Part shown: in pieces, positions 20,221 through 30,148 of the stretch
Position numbering within the stretch: position 1 is the stretch's first letter
How the letters are laid out: every line of letters starts with the position of its first letter
Made by a program: the position numbers and the translations under genes
Notes under the pieces: generated by a model
The model's database searches: none
What the model saw: the letters and a program-made list of their open reading frames with translations, nothing else
What the model was told of the DNA's origin: nothing
Assembly (NCBI GenBank): GCA_963693055.1
Contig: OY843751.1
Location: 6,240,001-6,304,000, forward strand
Source: a bacterium
GTDB taxonomy: Bacteria; Zhuqueibacterota; Zhuqueibacteria; Residuimicrobiales; Krinioviventaceae
Length of the DNA: 64,000 nt
Direction of reading: 5' to 3'

Positions 20221-20767
20221 ATGCTTCCTGTTGTTCTACGATTTCAGGCGTTTCTTCATGTTCTTTATCAAAAGCAATAAAGATGAGCAGCATGACCATT
20301 CCCACCGAGACGGCAATGTCAGCCACGTTGAATACTGGCCAGCGGGTCATGCTGTAACCGGGAAAGTGGATGAACAAAAAATCGAATTTGGGTATCAGAA
20401 TATCAAAAAATTCAAAATCCAGAAAATCCACTACACTGTGACGGGTGATACGATCAAACAGGTTGCCCAATGCACCGCCAAAGATGATGGCCATAGACAG
20501 CCGGGCGATCAGGTGCTCGCCTTTCATGATAAAGAAATATACCAGAATTGCAACGCTGGCCACGGATGCCAGTCCGGTCAATACCATATTGTTGCCCAGG
20601 CTAATGCCAAAGGCCATGCCAGTGTTTTCTACATACGTAATTTTAAAAAAATCACCCCATACCGGTATGGACTGGTGAAGGTCCATGCCGGTCTTGATGA
20701 TATATTTAGTGATCTGATCTACAATAAAAAGCGCTATGGAAATCCATAATATTTTTAATGCTTTCAT
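20219..20767 (-). CDS. lspA: Lipoprotein signal peptidase II
   Basis: DQITK, NTGMAFG, GALGNLFDR, VVDFL and PVFNVAD motifs. Confidence 0.95.
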   Translation of the reverse strand: MKALKILWISIALFIVDQITKYIIKTGMDLHQSIPVWGDFFKITYVENTGMAFGISLGNNMVLTGLASVASVAILVYFFIMKGEHLIARLSMAIIFGGALGNLFDRITRHSVVDFLDFEFFDILIPKFDFLFIHFPGYSMTRWPVFNVADIAVSVGMVMLLIFIAFDKEHEETPEIVEQQEA

Positions 20768-20799
20768 AAACCTCTCGTGTTTTCAGCGGGCAGGGCCTG

Positions 20800-23700
20800 C
20801 TATTGTTTGGTAACTCCGATTGAAACGATTTCATCACCAATCTTCCAGTCTTTGGTAACGGTACCTTCAACCTTGCCAAGATCAATGGCATCTGCCAGGG
20901 TTTCGTTTGTAATATAATCGTTGAGATTTTTAATGGCAGTGCACATGTTGGGTGACGCCTGCGCGGTAATGCTGATTCGGTCTGTTACTTCAAATCCTGC
21001 ATCTTTACGCATATTTTGTACACGGTTCACAAACTCGCGGGCCAAACCCTCATACATCAGTTCTTCTGTAATGACGGTTTCAAGCGCCAGGGTCAGATCG
21101 CCTTCTGTATCTGCAACCAGGCCTTCTTTGTTTTCAGTCTCGATCTTGATATCTTCTTCAGTTAATATAGCTTCGTGACCGTCCACAACCAGGCGTTCGC
21201 CGCCGTTTTTCAGAATGCGATCAATTTCTGTGTCACCAAAGCTGCGAATGGCTTCTGCCGCGTTGTTTACTGCTTTGCCGAATTTGGGTCCCAGATTTTT
21301 GAAAATCGGCTGGGCCTTTTTAGATAGCAATTGAGACGCGTCATCAACAAATTTAATTTCTTTAACATTCAGTTCCTCAAGAATGAGGTTTTTCATGCTG
21401 TTAATGGCGTCACGACGTTTATCGGATTCTGCTACACACAGCAATGCAGAAAGCGGTTGTCTTACCTTGATAGCGGTTTCGTTACGCAATGCGCGGCCCA
21501 TATTTACAATGCGGCGTACCAGATCCATGCTGGATTCAAGTACTTCATCCGTATACTCGGCAGGAGCTTCACCGGTTTTCGGGAACATGCAGAGGTGAAC
21601 ACTGTCGCAGCTTTCAACCTGTTGTCCTGTTGTCAGGTCCCGGTATAATTCTTCTGAAATATAAGGCGCAAAGGGTGCCAGCATTTTAACCACAGTCAGC
21701 ATGGATTCGTACAGGGTTTGAAAAGCGGACAGCTTGTCGTGACCCATTTCCGATTTCCAAAACCGGCGACGACAACGACGTACATACCAGTTTGAGAGAT
21801 CGTCGATCATGAATTCTGAAATGGCGCGTGCCGCTTTGGTCAGATCAAATTTTTCAAGATTTGTATTCACGGTTCTGACCAGGGTAGCAAGCTTTGAGCT
21901 GATCCATCTGTCAATTTCCGCACGGTCCTGTACAGGAATCCGTTCGGCTGTATTATATACAAAATTATCAATATTGGCATACATGACAAAGAATGAATAG
22001 GTATTGAGCAGTGTGCCCAACAGTTTCCGGCTAACCTCATTTACACCGTCTTCATCAAAACGGGTAGGCAGCCAGGGAGGACTCACCGTCATCAGATACC
22101 AACGCAGGGCATCTGTACCGTATTTATCCATGACCTGGAACGGATCAACCGCGTTTCCACGGGATTTTGACATTTTTTGTCCGTCTTTATCCAGAATCAA
22201 TTCAAGAGAAATACAGGATTTATAAGCCGGTTCATCAAACAAAAAGGTACTGATTGCCAGCAGAGAATAGAACCAACCGCGGGTCTGGTCTACACCTTCG
22301 GAAATAAAATCCGCGGGAAAGCTCTTTTTAAACTTTTCCTTATTTTCAAAGGGATAGTGCCATTGCGCGTAGGGCATGCTGCCTGAATCGAACCAGCAGT
22401 CGATTACTTCGGGCACGCGTACCATTTTACTGCCGCACTTTTCACAAGCCCAGGTTACATCGTCAATGTGGGGTTTGTGCAGATCTATTTCTTTATCCGT
22501 ACCGGGCGCTTTTTCAATCAACTCTTCAACGCTGCCAATACAGTCCATATGATCACAATCGTTACAGCGCCAAACCGGCAGGGGAGTGCCCCAAAAGCGG
22601 TCACGTGACAATGCCCAGTCGATATTGTTTTCAAGCCATTCACCAAAACGTCCGGCTCCTACTTCTTTGGGAAACCAGTTGATCTTTTTATTGTTGGCTA
22701 TCAGTCTGTCTTTGATAGCGGTGGTGCGAATGTACCACGATTTACGTGCGTAATAGAGCAATGGAGAATCACAGCGCCAACAGTGCGGGTAACTGTGAGT
22801 TATTTTTTCAGTACGATAGAGAATATTTCGCTCTTTTAGATTGCGGATAATGCTCTTGTCCGCATCTTTAACAAATACACCGGCCCATTCGGTAACATCG
22901 CTGATAAATTTACCGCTCTTGTCAACAGGATGGATGACCGGCAGATCGTTTTTCATACCCACCTGATAATCGTCTTCACCAAAAGCAGGGGCAATATGTA
23001 CAATACCGGAACCATCGGTAGTGGTTACAAAGTCGGCCATAATGGTAAAATGAGCGCGTTTTTCAGGTTCTACAAAGTCAAAGAAAGGTTCATAATCGAT
23101 TCCTTTCAGATCAACGCCTTTGTACTCTTTTACGATTTCATAATCGCCTTCAAGAACCTGCAGGCGTTCACGAGCAAGGATAAGGAACTCATCGTTGTGT
23201 TTAACCTTTACATATTCCACATCGGGATGCAGGGCCAATGCAACGTTCGAGATCAGTGTCCAGGGGGTTGTGGTCCATACCAGAATGGATGTATTGGCCT
23301 GGTTTTTTATTTTTGCCTTTACAAAAACAGATGGATCATCGACTTCTTTATATCCCTGTGACACTTCATGACTGGAGAGCGGGGTCTCACAATGGGGACA
23401 GTAGGGTAAAATTTTGTACCCCAGATAGAGCATGTCTTTTTTCCAGAATTCTTTGAGAATCCACCAAACGGTTTCAATATAGTCATTGGTATAGGTGATA
23501 TAAGGATCATCCAGATCAACCCAGTATGCCATTCTACGGGTCAATTCATCCCAATCTTGTTTGTAATTCCAAACACTGGCTCTACATTTTTGATTAAAAG
23601 CACCAACACCAAAGTCAATAACTTCATCTTTGCGGTCAATGCCGAGCTGTTTTTCAACTTCAATTTCAACCGGTAGACCGTGAGTATCCCAACCTGCTTT

Positions 23701-23943
23701 TCTTTCCACACGGTAACCCTGCATGGTTTTCAAGCGGCAAACACAATCCTTAACCGATCTTGAAATAACATGGTGAATGCCGGGGCGTCCGTTTGCTGTG
23801 GGTGGGCCTTCAAAAAAGACATAGGAATTGTTTTCATCTCTTTCTTCAATGCTGCGTACAAAAATGTTTTCTTTTTCCCAAAATTCCCGAATTTCTTTTT
23901 CCATTTTTGGAAAATCGATTCTGGATGACACTTCTTTAAACAT
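20800..23943 (-). CDS. ileS: Isoleucyl-tRNA synthetase, type 2
   Basis: GPPTANG, GWDTHGLPVE, DWALSRDRFWG, EGVDQTRGWF and KMSKS motifs; type-2 C-terminus LAREFVNRVQNMRKDAG. Confidence 0.97.
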   Translation of the reverse strand: MFKEVSSRIDFPKMEKEIREFWEKENIFVRSIEERDENNSYVFFEGPPTANGRPGIHHVISRSVKDCVCRLKTMQGYRVERKAGWDTHGLPVEIEVEKQLGIDRKDEVIDFGVGAFNQKCRASVWNYKQDWDELTRRMAYWVDLDDPYITYTNDYIETVWWILKEFWKKDMLYLGYKILPYCPHCETPLSSHEVSQGYKEVDDPSVFVKAKIKNQANTSILVWTTTPWTLISNVALALHPDVEYVKVKHNDEFLILARERLQVLEGDYEIVKEYKGVDLKGIDYEPFFDFVEPEKRAHFTIMADFVTTTDGSGIVHIAPAFGEDDYQVGMKNDLPVIHPVDKSGKFISDVTEWAGVFVKDADKSIIRNLKERNILYRTEKITHSYPHCWRCDSPLLYYARKSWYIRTTAIKDRLIANNKKINWFPKEVGAGRFGEWLENNIDWALSRDRFWGTPLPVWRCNDCDHMDCIGSVEELIEKAPGTDKEIDLHKPHIDDVTWACEKCGSKMVRVPEVIDCWFDSGSMPYAQWHYPFENKEKFKKSFPADFISEGVDQTRGWFYSLLAISTFLFDEPAYKSCISLELILDKDGQKMSKSRGNAVDPFQVMDKYGTDALRWYLMTVSPPWLPTRFDEDGVNEVSRKLLGTLLNTYSFFVMYANIDNFVYNTAERIPVQDRAEIDRWISSKLATLVRTVNTNLEKFDLTKAARAISEFMIDDLSNWYVRRCRRRFWKSEMGHDKLSAFQTLYESMLTVVKMLAPFAPYISEELYRDLTTGQQVESCDSVHLCMFPKTGEAPAEYTDEVLESSMDLVRRIVNMGRALRNETAIKVRQPLSALLCVAESDKRRDAINSMKNLILEELNVKEIKFVDDASQLLSKKAQPIFKNLGPKFGKAVNNAAEAIRSFGDTEIDRILKNGGERLVVDGHEAILTEEDIKIETENKEGLVADTEGDLTLALETVITEELMYEGLAREFVNRVQNMRKDAGFEVTDRISITAQASPNMCTAIKNLNDYITNETLADAIDLGKVEGTVTKDWKIGDEIVSIGVTKQ

Positions 23944-23971
23944 AATAAGCTCTCTGTTCCTTGATTGTTTT

Positions 23972-24835
23972 TTATAAATATTTTTTCAGTATCGGCTCAA
24001 GTTTATTAACGGTTTCTGTGGGCCAGAGTTCCTTTGGCGTAATAAATGAATTGGCCAGTGCGTTTGCGCAGCTGCAATTCTGTTCTTTTGGCATGTTTTT
24101 TACTGCTTCTTTGATGATTTTTCTGGAAATATCTACATTGTGTTTCAGGTATTCCATAATCATATCGACTGAAACTGTTGAACCGGTTTCTTCTTCATAC
24201 CAGCAGTCATAGTCGGTTATCATTGCCAGAGTTGCGTAACAGATTTCAGCTTCGCGTGCAAGTTTTGCCTCGTTAATCTGGGTCATGCCTACAACATCCA
24301 TGCCCCATTTGCGATATGTTTGCGACTCTGCCAACGTTGAAAAAGCGGGTCCTTCTATGTTGATATATGTACCACCATAATGAGTAGTCGCACCGGATTC
24401 GTTTCCCGCATCCAGCAAAACCTTGCCCAGCGTATTGCACAGAGGCTTTGCGAACTGGATGTGCGAGACAATACCCTCGCCAAAAAACGTATTTTGTCTG
24501 CCCTGATTTGTACGATCAAAGAACTGATCGATAATAACCACATCCTGTGGTTTATAATCTGGTCTGAGTGAGCCCACGGCAGAAACGGAGATGATCCATT
24601 TTACATCCAAACTTTTCATGGCAAAAATATTTGCCTTGTAATTCAATTCCGTAGGCAAAATACGGTGACCTCTGCCATGACGGGCCAAAAAGATAACCTC
24701 TCTGCCTTCCAATTCACCTATACGAAGGGCATCAGAAGGTTTGCCAAAGGGAGTATCAATTTCAATTTCTTTAGTGATTTTCAGGCCTTCTATTTCATAC
24801 AGCCCGGTACCGCCGATAATTCCAATTTTTGACAT
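23972..24835 (-). CDS. mtnP: S-methyl-5'-thioadenosine phosphorylase
   Basis: IGIIGGTG, RHGRGH, EGPAFSTLAES, GMT..EAKLAREAEICY and TDYDCW motifs. Confidence 0.93.
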   Translation of the reverse strand: MSKIGIIGGTGLYEIEGLKITKEIEIDTPFGKPSDALRIGELEGREVIFLARHGRGHRILPTELNYKANIFAMKSLDVKWIISVSAVGSLRPDYKPQDVVIIDQFFDRTNQGRQNTFFGEGIVSHIQFAKPLCNTLGKVLLDAGNESGATTHYGGTYINIEGPAFSTLAESQTYRKWGMDVVGMTQINEAKLAREAEICYATLAMITDYDCWYEEETGSTVSVDMIMEYLKHNVDISRKIIKEAVKNMPKEQNCSCANALANSFITPKELWPTETVNKLEPILKKYL

Positions 24836-24846
24836 TTTTCAGTCCA

Positions 24847-25686
24847 TTATATGATTTTTAATAATTTCCCAATTAACTCTGATAGCTGTTTTACCAGTTT
24901 TTGAGCGTTTTGGGATACCATTTTTTTATCTACTTTTTGTAACTGTGTTCCGGGCAATGTCTGGTCGGTTACTGCTGTAAGCGCTATCACATTCATGTTT
25001 AATTGCCGTGCTGTGAGAACTTCTGGTACAACAGACATGCCAATTGTATCTATTCCAAATTTTTGCAATGCAGAAATTTCTGCATTCGAAGGCAGTGAAG
25101 GTCCTGAAAGGCCGGCAAAAACGGTTTTCGGAATTGCAGCATCACTGCATGATAATAGTTTTTTCAAGAGTTCAGGTGAATAGGCGTCACTCATATCTGT
25201 AAAGCGTTCGCCCATAAACGTATTGTACTCTCCAATTAAGGGATTGTCTCCCATCATATTGATATGGTCTGTTACCACCGCTAGTGTACCGGGTTTTAGG
25301 GATGGATTGATACTACCCGCGGCGTGAGTGATAATCAGATTTTCAATACCAAGGTTTTTTAAAACGCGAATTGGCAGTGTGATTTGCCGCATGGCCAGGC
25401 CTTCGTAATAATGATAGCGGCCATTCATGACAATTATTGGAACATTGTTGATTTTACCATGCAGCCATTGTGATGCATGAAAAGAAACGCTGGATTCAGG
25501 AAAATGGGGAATGTCTCTATATGGAATTTTGGCAGAAACATTCACGATATCTGTTAAACGACCTAAACCGGACCCAATAATGAGACCGGTTTTAGGATCG
25601 TCTTGTAGAAAAGATTTTATAAAGGCACATGCTTTTAGAATGTGTCGGTTCAGGGTGCCGGTTTGGTTCGTTTTATTTTTCCTCAA
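24847..25686 (-). CDS. Purine nucleoside phosphorylase family protein (trimeric type, divergent base-binding pocket)
   Basis: IIGSGLG, GRYHYYEG, DHINMMGDNPLIG and GMSVVPE motifs. Confidence 0.8.
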   Translation of the reverse strand: MRKNKTNQTGTLNRHILKACAFIKSFLQDDPKTGLIIGSGLGRLTDIVNVSAKIPYRDIPHFPESSVSFHASQWLHGKINNVPIIVMNGRYHYYEGLAMRQITLPIRVLKNLGIENLIITHAAGSINPSLKPGTLAVVTDHINMMGDNPLIGEYNTFMGERFTDMSDAYSPELLKKLLSCSDAAIPKTVFAGLSGPSLPSNAEISALQKFGIDTIGMSVVPEVLTARQLNMNVIALTAVTDQTLPGTQLQKVDKKMVSQNAQKLVKQLSELIGKLLKII

Positions 25687-26353
25687 CCTTTTTACGTAAT
25701 TTTTCTATTTCTGCTTCCTGGTCTTCACGTTCTTTTTTTAGTTTTTCCAATTCCATCTGGACACGTTTTTGTTTTTCAATTTCTTCTTCTACACCGTTCA
25801 GGCTTTTACCCGCTCTTGCAAGGCGAATGCTGTCAACCGCATCAAGTTTGTCTTTTTTGCTGCCTACACGGGAAAACAACCAGGCGCCAAGAACGGTGCC
25901 TGCAGCGGTACCCGAAAGAATGATGGGATCTTCAATATCATCACTGGAGGATTTGGCAATCATACTGCTTAGAAAAAAGCTGGCTCCTGCGGATACCAAG
26001 CCACCGCTTATTGTATATGTCCAGAATTTCTTGTTTGTTTTAACGGCCTCAATTTCTTTTTCGCTGATTAAAGCTTGTTTTGCATCGTAATAGGGCTGAG
26101 GACCGCTGATTTCGGCTACCTGACTTTTTTGTACATCTGTGCTGGTACGAGATTCCGGATTAAATATAGATACGGTTTGCTCGTTTACCGATTGAATCAG
26201 TCCATTTACGGTTTGGCCGGTTGTTAATTTTATAGAAACAGTTTGTTCTTTTTGTAACGTGTTTTTGTTTAACGCAACCTGGTTACTGCATCCTGCAGCC
26301 AGAAACATGAATACCAGTGCTGAAACTGCAGTACAACGGAGGAGTTTTGTCAT
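25673..26353 (-). CDS. Hypothetical lipoprotein with Gly-rich hydrophobic hairpin and C-terminal coiled coil
   Basis: Lipobox LAAGC; AAGGAG RBS; two Gly-rich hydrophobic segments; E/K-rich tail. Confidence 0.75.
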   Translation of the reverse strand: MTKLLRCTAVSALVFMFLAAGCSNQVALNKNTLQKEQTVSIKLTTGQTVNGLIQSVNEQTVSIFNPESRTSTDVQKSQVAEISGPQPYYDAKQALISEKEIEAVKTNKKFWTYTISGGLVSAGASFFLSSMIAKSSSDDIEDPIILSGTAAGTVLGAWLFSRVGSKKDKLDAVDSIRLARAGKSLNGVEEEIEKQKRVQMELEKLKKEREDQEAEIEKLRKKVEEK

Positions 26354-26384
26354 AAGTGTCTCCTTTTGATATAATATTCAACTC

Positions 26385-27056
26385 TTAACGAATAAATTCA
26401 TTCGAAGACGGGTCCTGATTCTGTTGATTATCAGGGTGTTGTTGTTCACCCGTCCTTACTCCCTGCCCGGGATTATCAGTATTTCTGATAATAGGAGGCT
26501 GTTGTTTCCGTTGTTCCCCCTGTCCCTGGCCTGCTTGCTCTCTTTGATTCGCAGACATTTCTTCCTGTCTGCGCTGCGCGCGTGCCCGGCGCGGGTCCAT
26601 CTCATCGTCATCCATTTCGAGAACTTCTAACAGCTCAATTTGAGATCCCAACAAATGACGCAGCCGGTTTGAAAAAGACTCTTTTTGGGCCCTTACCATA
26701 TGGGCTTCGTTGCGTAAACGCATCAGTTCTTCTTTGGCATCTTTGATGATATTTTCGGCTTGTAATTCTGCTTCGTGAATAATGATCTCGGCTTCACGTT
26801 TGGAATTGGCCTTTGTATCTTCAATTGTATTTTGCGCCTTGACTAATGTGTCGCGTAAAGTGTTTTCAACCTGTTGGTAATCTTTTAACTGAGTACGAAG
26901 TTTAATGGCTTCGTCGTTCAACTGGTTTTTTTCCCGGATCATCAGTTCAAACTCATCCGCCACCATTGTAAGAAATGCTTCTACCTCATCCGGATCAAAG
27001 CCTCTCATACTCCGTTTGAATTCTTGTTTTCGGATATCTAATGGTGTTAGTTTCAC
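26385..27056 (-). CDS. divIVA: DivIVA domain protein
   Basis: MKLTPLDIRKQEFKRSMRGFDPDEVEAFL followed by a coiled coil; Q-rich tail. Confidence 0.9.
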   Translation of the reverse strand: MKLTPLDIRKQEFKRSMRGFDPDEVEAFLTMVADEFELMIREKNQLNDEAIKLRTQLKDYQQVENTLRDTLVKAQNTIEDTKANSKREAEIIIHEAELQAENIIKDAKEELMRLRNEAHMVRAQKESFSNRLRHLLGSQIELLEVLEMDDDEMDPRRARAQRRQEEMSANQREQAGQGQGEQRKQQPPIIRNTDNPGQGVRTGEQQHPDNQQNQDPSSNEFIR

Positions 27057-27078
27057 AACAGTTCTCCACTTTATTATA

Positions 27079-27369
27079 CTAAAAAGATGCGATTTGGCGT
27101 AAAGTCATAATTAAAAATCTATTCAAGAACATTAACGCAAAAATCAGAATTATAGGTGAAAGATCCATACCACCCACAACAACCGGAAGGTTTTTTCGTA
27201 TCCACAACAGGGGTGGATCCGTTATTCTGTTAACAAACTGTACAATCTGGTTATAGGGATTCGGATTAAACCATGACATAAGGGCTCTAGCAACCACAAT
27301 ATACATATACAATGTGATTGCAAGGTTTAATATTTCAGCTATGGCTGCTATAAAATTTGTAAAAATCAT
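27079..27369 (-). CDS. yggT: YggT/YlmG family membrane protein
   Basis: ARALMSWFNPNPYN...ITDP...DLSPIIL. Confidence 0.92.
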   Translation of the reverse strand: MIFTNFIAAIAEILNLAITLYMYIVVARALMSWFNPNPYNQIVQFVNRITDPPLLWIRKNLPVVVGGMDLSPIILIFALMFLNRFLIMTLRQIASF

Positions 27370-27377
27370 TTTATTAC

Positions 27378-28064
27378 CTAATACTTTCTTTCTCCAAACA
27401 ACGCTCTACCTATTCGAACATGGGTTGCGCCTTCCTGAATGGCGATTGGAAAATCATTTGTCATTCCCATAGACAGATATTTAATCGGTTCAATGATTTC
27501 TAACCGGTTTATTTGCTCACGTAGATCGAATAATTTTTTAAAACCGGGTCTTACTTGTTCTACATCAGAAAGAAACGCTCCAATAGTCATCAAGCCGGCT
27601 ATATGAATGTTATTCAAATGCCTGATTTGCGTAACAAAGGATTCAAGTTCTTTTGGATGTATACCAAACTTGCTTTCTTCCCCGGATGTGTTTACCTGTA
27701 TAAAAATATCGATCTTTCGATCGAGTAGTTGAGCCTGTTTATCAATTTCAAAAGCCAAATGAACAGAATCTACAGCTTCAATTACATCAAAGATCTGGAG
27801 TGCTTTTTTTACCTTGTTCGTTTGAAGATGCCCAATGAAATGCCATTTCAGATCATCAGAGATCTGTTGGTGTTTGGATTCAGCATCTTGTATTCGATTC
27901 TCGCCAATGATCTGCACACCGGCCTTTATAGCTTCCCGGATAACCGGCACATCTACTGTTTTTGACACAGCAACCAGGTTAACATCATCCACGTTTCGCT
28001 GGCATTGGGTACATGTATTATGTATTTGATCCTGAATTTTCAGGAAATTATCTCTTATGTCCAT
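27378..28064 (-). CDS. yggS: YggS family PLP homeostasis protein
   Basis: LVAVSK, GENRIQ, WHFIGHLQTNK, LSMGM.NDF and GATHVRIG motifs. Confidence 0.95.
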   Translation of the reverse strand: MDIRDNFLKIQDQIHNTCTQCQRNVDDVNLVAVSKTVDVPVIREAIKAGVQIIGENRIQDAESKHQQISDDLKWHFIGHLQTNKVKKALQIFDVIEAVDSVHLAFEIDKQAQLLDRKIDIFIQVNTSGEESKFGIHPKELESFVTQIRHLNNIHIAGLMTIGAFLSDVEQVRPGFKKLFDLREQINRLEIIEPIKYLSMGMTNDFPIAIQEGATHVRIGRALFGERKY

Positions 28065-28226
28065 AATAAAGAGCTAGTTAAGCCATCAATATAAATCATC
28101 GGTGTATAAAAAGCAATAGAATTCTTTCTTTATAATGTACGAAAAGAATCTTGATTTATCAATTTATTTTCCTTACTTTTACCGGTTCGTTTGTAATGAG
28201 TTGGTTTATGAAAAAGACGGGGCAAC

Positions 28227-30128
28227 ATGTCAGATTTTAAACCGTATGTACCTGCTGAAACAGAAATGCGTGACTTTACTCTCAAAGCTGTAATTGCTGG
28301 AATTGTTTTTGGCATTATTTTCGGTTCTGCAAATGCATATTTGGGTTTACGTGTAGGACTAACCATCAGTACCGCAATACCCCTTGCAGTTGTTTCTGTA
28401 GCCGTGTTTCGTCTGTTAAAGCCGTTGCTGGGGCCCTCTACTATTTTAGAACATAATATTTCCCAAACCACAGGTTCTGCCAGTTCTTCACTTGCCTCGG
28501 GTATTATTTTTACTATACCTGCGTTGTTTTTGTGGGGATTTGATCCTTCACTTTTGCAGATTGGTGTGCTTGCCATGATGGGTGGCGTTTTGGGTGTGTT
28601 GTTTATGATTCCCCTGCGTCGTTTTTTAATCGTAAAAGAGCATCAATCCCTGCCGTATCCGGAAGGGACTGCCAGTGCCCAGGTGCTGATAGCTGCCGAT
28701 GCCGGTGGCGCGCGGGCAAAGAATGTGTTTTGGGGATTAGGAATTGGCGCGTTATATAAAGCGTTTACCGGGTTTTTTAAATTATGGCCCGAATCTTTGA
28801 GTTTAAAATTACCCTTTATGCGTAAAGCAGAAGTGGGCCTTGACGCGGGTCCCGCTTTGATGGGTGTAGGATATATATTGGGATACCGGGTTTCTGCTAT
28901 AATGGTTGCCGGAGGATTGCTCTCTTGGGTTGGGCTAATACCCCTTATTGATCTTTTTGGCCGGGATCTGACAAGCCCTCTGTTCCCTGAAACCACAAAA
29001 TTGATTGCTGACATGTCTCCCGGTGAAATCTGGACCCGTTACATTCGTTACATTGGAGCCGGTGCTGTTGCGTTTGCTGGAATTATTACCGTAATAAAAT
29101 CCATACCAACCATGTACAGTTCTCTTAAAATCGGTTTGAATGAACTGCGTGCAGGATCAAGTGCTAATGTTGCAAAGCCTATCCGAACAGACCATGATTT
29201 GTCTATGATAGTTGTGATGATTGGCGCTCTGGTTGTAGCGTTGGCAATTATTGTAACGCCGCATGTACTGGGTGTTGGCTCTACGTTTTTAGTCAGGCTT
29301 TTGGGTGCGGTGTGTATTGCAATATTTGCGTTCATGTTTGTAACCGTATCTGCACGAATTGTAGGGTTGGTAGGTGTTTCTTCTAATCCCACTTCAGGTA
29401 TGACTATTGTAACTTTGTTGGGAACAAGTTTGATCTTTTACGCGTTAGGTTGGACAGATGACTTTGGTAAAGCTGCGGTTTTAACTATTGGTACGGTTGT
29501 TTGCGTGGCTGCATCCATTGCCGGAGATATCTCTCAAGATTTAAAGTGCGGTTATTTGATAGGGTCTACTCCACGAAAGCAGCAAACTGCGGAATTGATA
29601 GGCGCGGTTACTTCGGCATTTTTCATTGCCGGCGCGGTTTGGCTTTTAGGCAGGGCTTATACTTTTGGTTCTGTTGATCTGCCTGCACCGCAAGCCACGT
29701 TAATGAAAACCGTGATTGAAGGCGTGCTTCAGGCGGACCTGCCCTGGGGCCTGGTGATGACCGGTGCGGCTATAGCAGGTGTTGCGGAATTACTGGGAAC
29801 CCCATCGCTGCCGTTTGCGGTTGGAATTTATCTGCCATTGTCCGCAATGACACCGGTGTTTGTTGGTGGAGTGATTCGGTATTTTATGGAAAAACAGGCA
29901 AAATCAGAAGAAGAAAAAGAGAGCAGGAAAGAACAAGGCATTTTGATGGGATCCGGGCTTATTGCCGGTGAGGGTATTATGGGTGTTTTTATCGCTGCAT
30001 ATGCTTTTTTTGCGGGAAAGCCCCAGGGCATAGGACTCAACTGGCCCGAACCGGTGGGTCAACTGGTCTCACTGGCCGTATTTACGCTTTTGGGTTTTGG
30101 TTTGATCAAAGTGGCAAAGAGAAGATAA
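28227..30128 (+). CDS. Oligopeptide transporter, OPT family
   Basis: NAYLGLRVGLTISTAIP, LPYPEGTA, SSNPTSGM, QDLKCGYLIG and PAPQATLM motifs. Confidence 0.93.
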   Translation: MSDFKPYVPAETEMRDFTLKAVIAGIVFGIIFGSANAYLGLRVGLTISTAIPLAVVSVAVFRLLKPLLGPSTILEHNISQTTGSASSSLASGIIFTIPALFLWGFDPSLLQIGVLAMMGGVLGVLFMIPLRRFLIVKEHQSLPYPEGTASAQVLIAADAGGARAKNVFWGLGIGALYKAFTGFFKLWPESLSLKLPFMRKAEVGLDAGPALMGVGYILGYRVSAIMVAGGLLSWVGLIPLIDLFGRDLTSPLFPETTKLIADMSPGEIWTRYIRYIGAGAVAFAGIITVIKSIPTMYSSLKIGLNELRAGSSANVAKPIRTDHDLSMIVVMIGALVVALAIIVTPHVLGVGSTFLVRLLGAVCIAIFAFMFVTVSARIVGLVGVSSNPTSGMTIVTLLGTSLIFYALGWTDDFGKAAVLTIGTVVCVAASIAGDISQDLKCGYLIGSTPRKQQTAELIGAVTSAFFIAGAVWLLGRAYTFGSVDLPAPQATLMKTVIEGVLQADLPWGLVMTGAAIAGVAELLGTPSLPFAVGIYLPLSAMTPVFVGGVIRYFMEKQAKSEEEKESRKEQGILMGSGLIAGEGIMGVFIAAYAFFAGKPQGIGLNWPEPVGQLVSLAVFTLLGFGLIKVAKRR

Positions 30129-30148
30129 AGTATCAAATTAGGATTATT

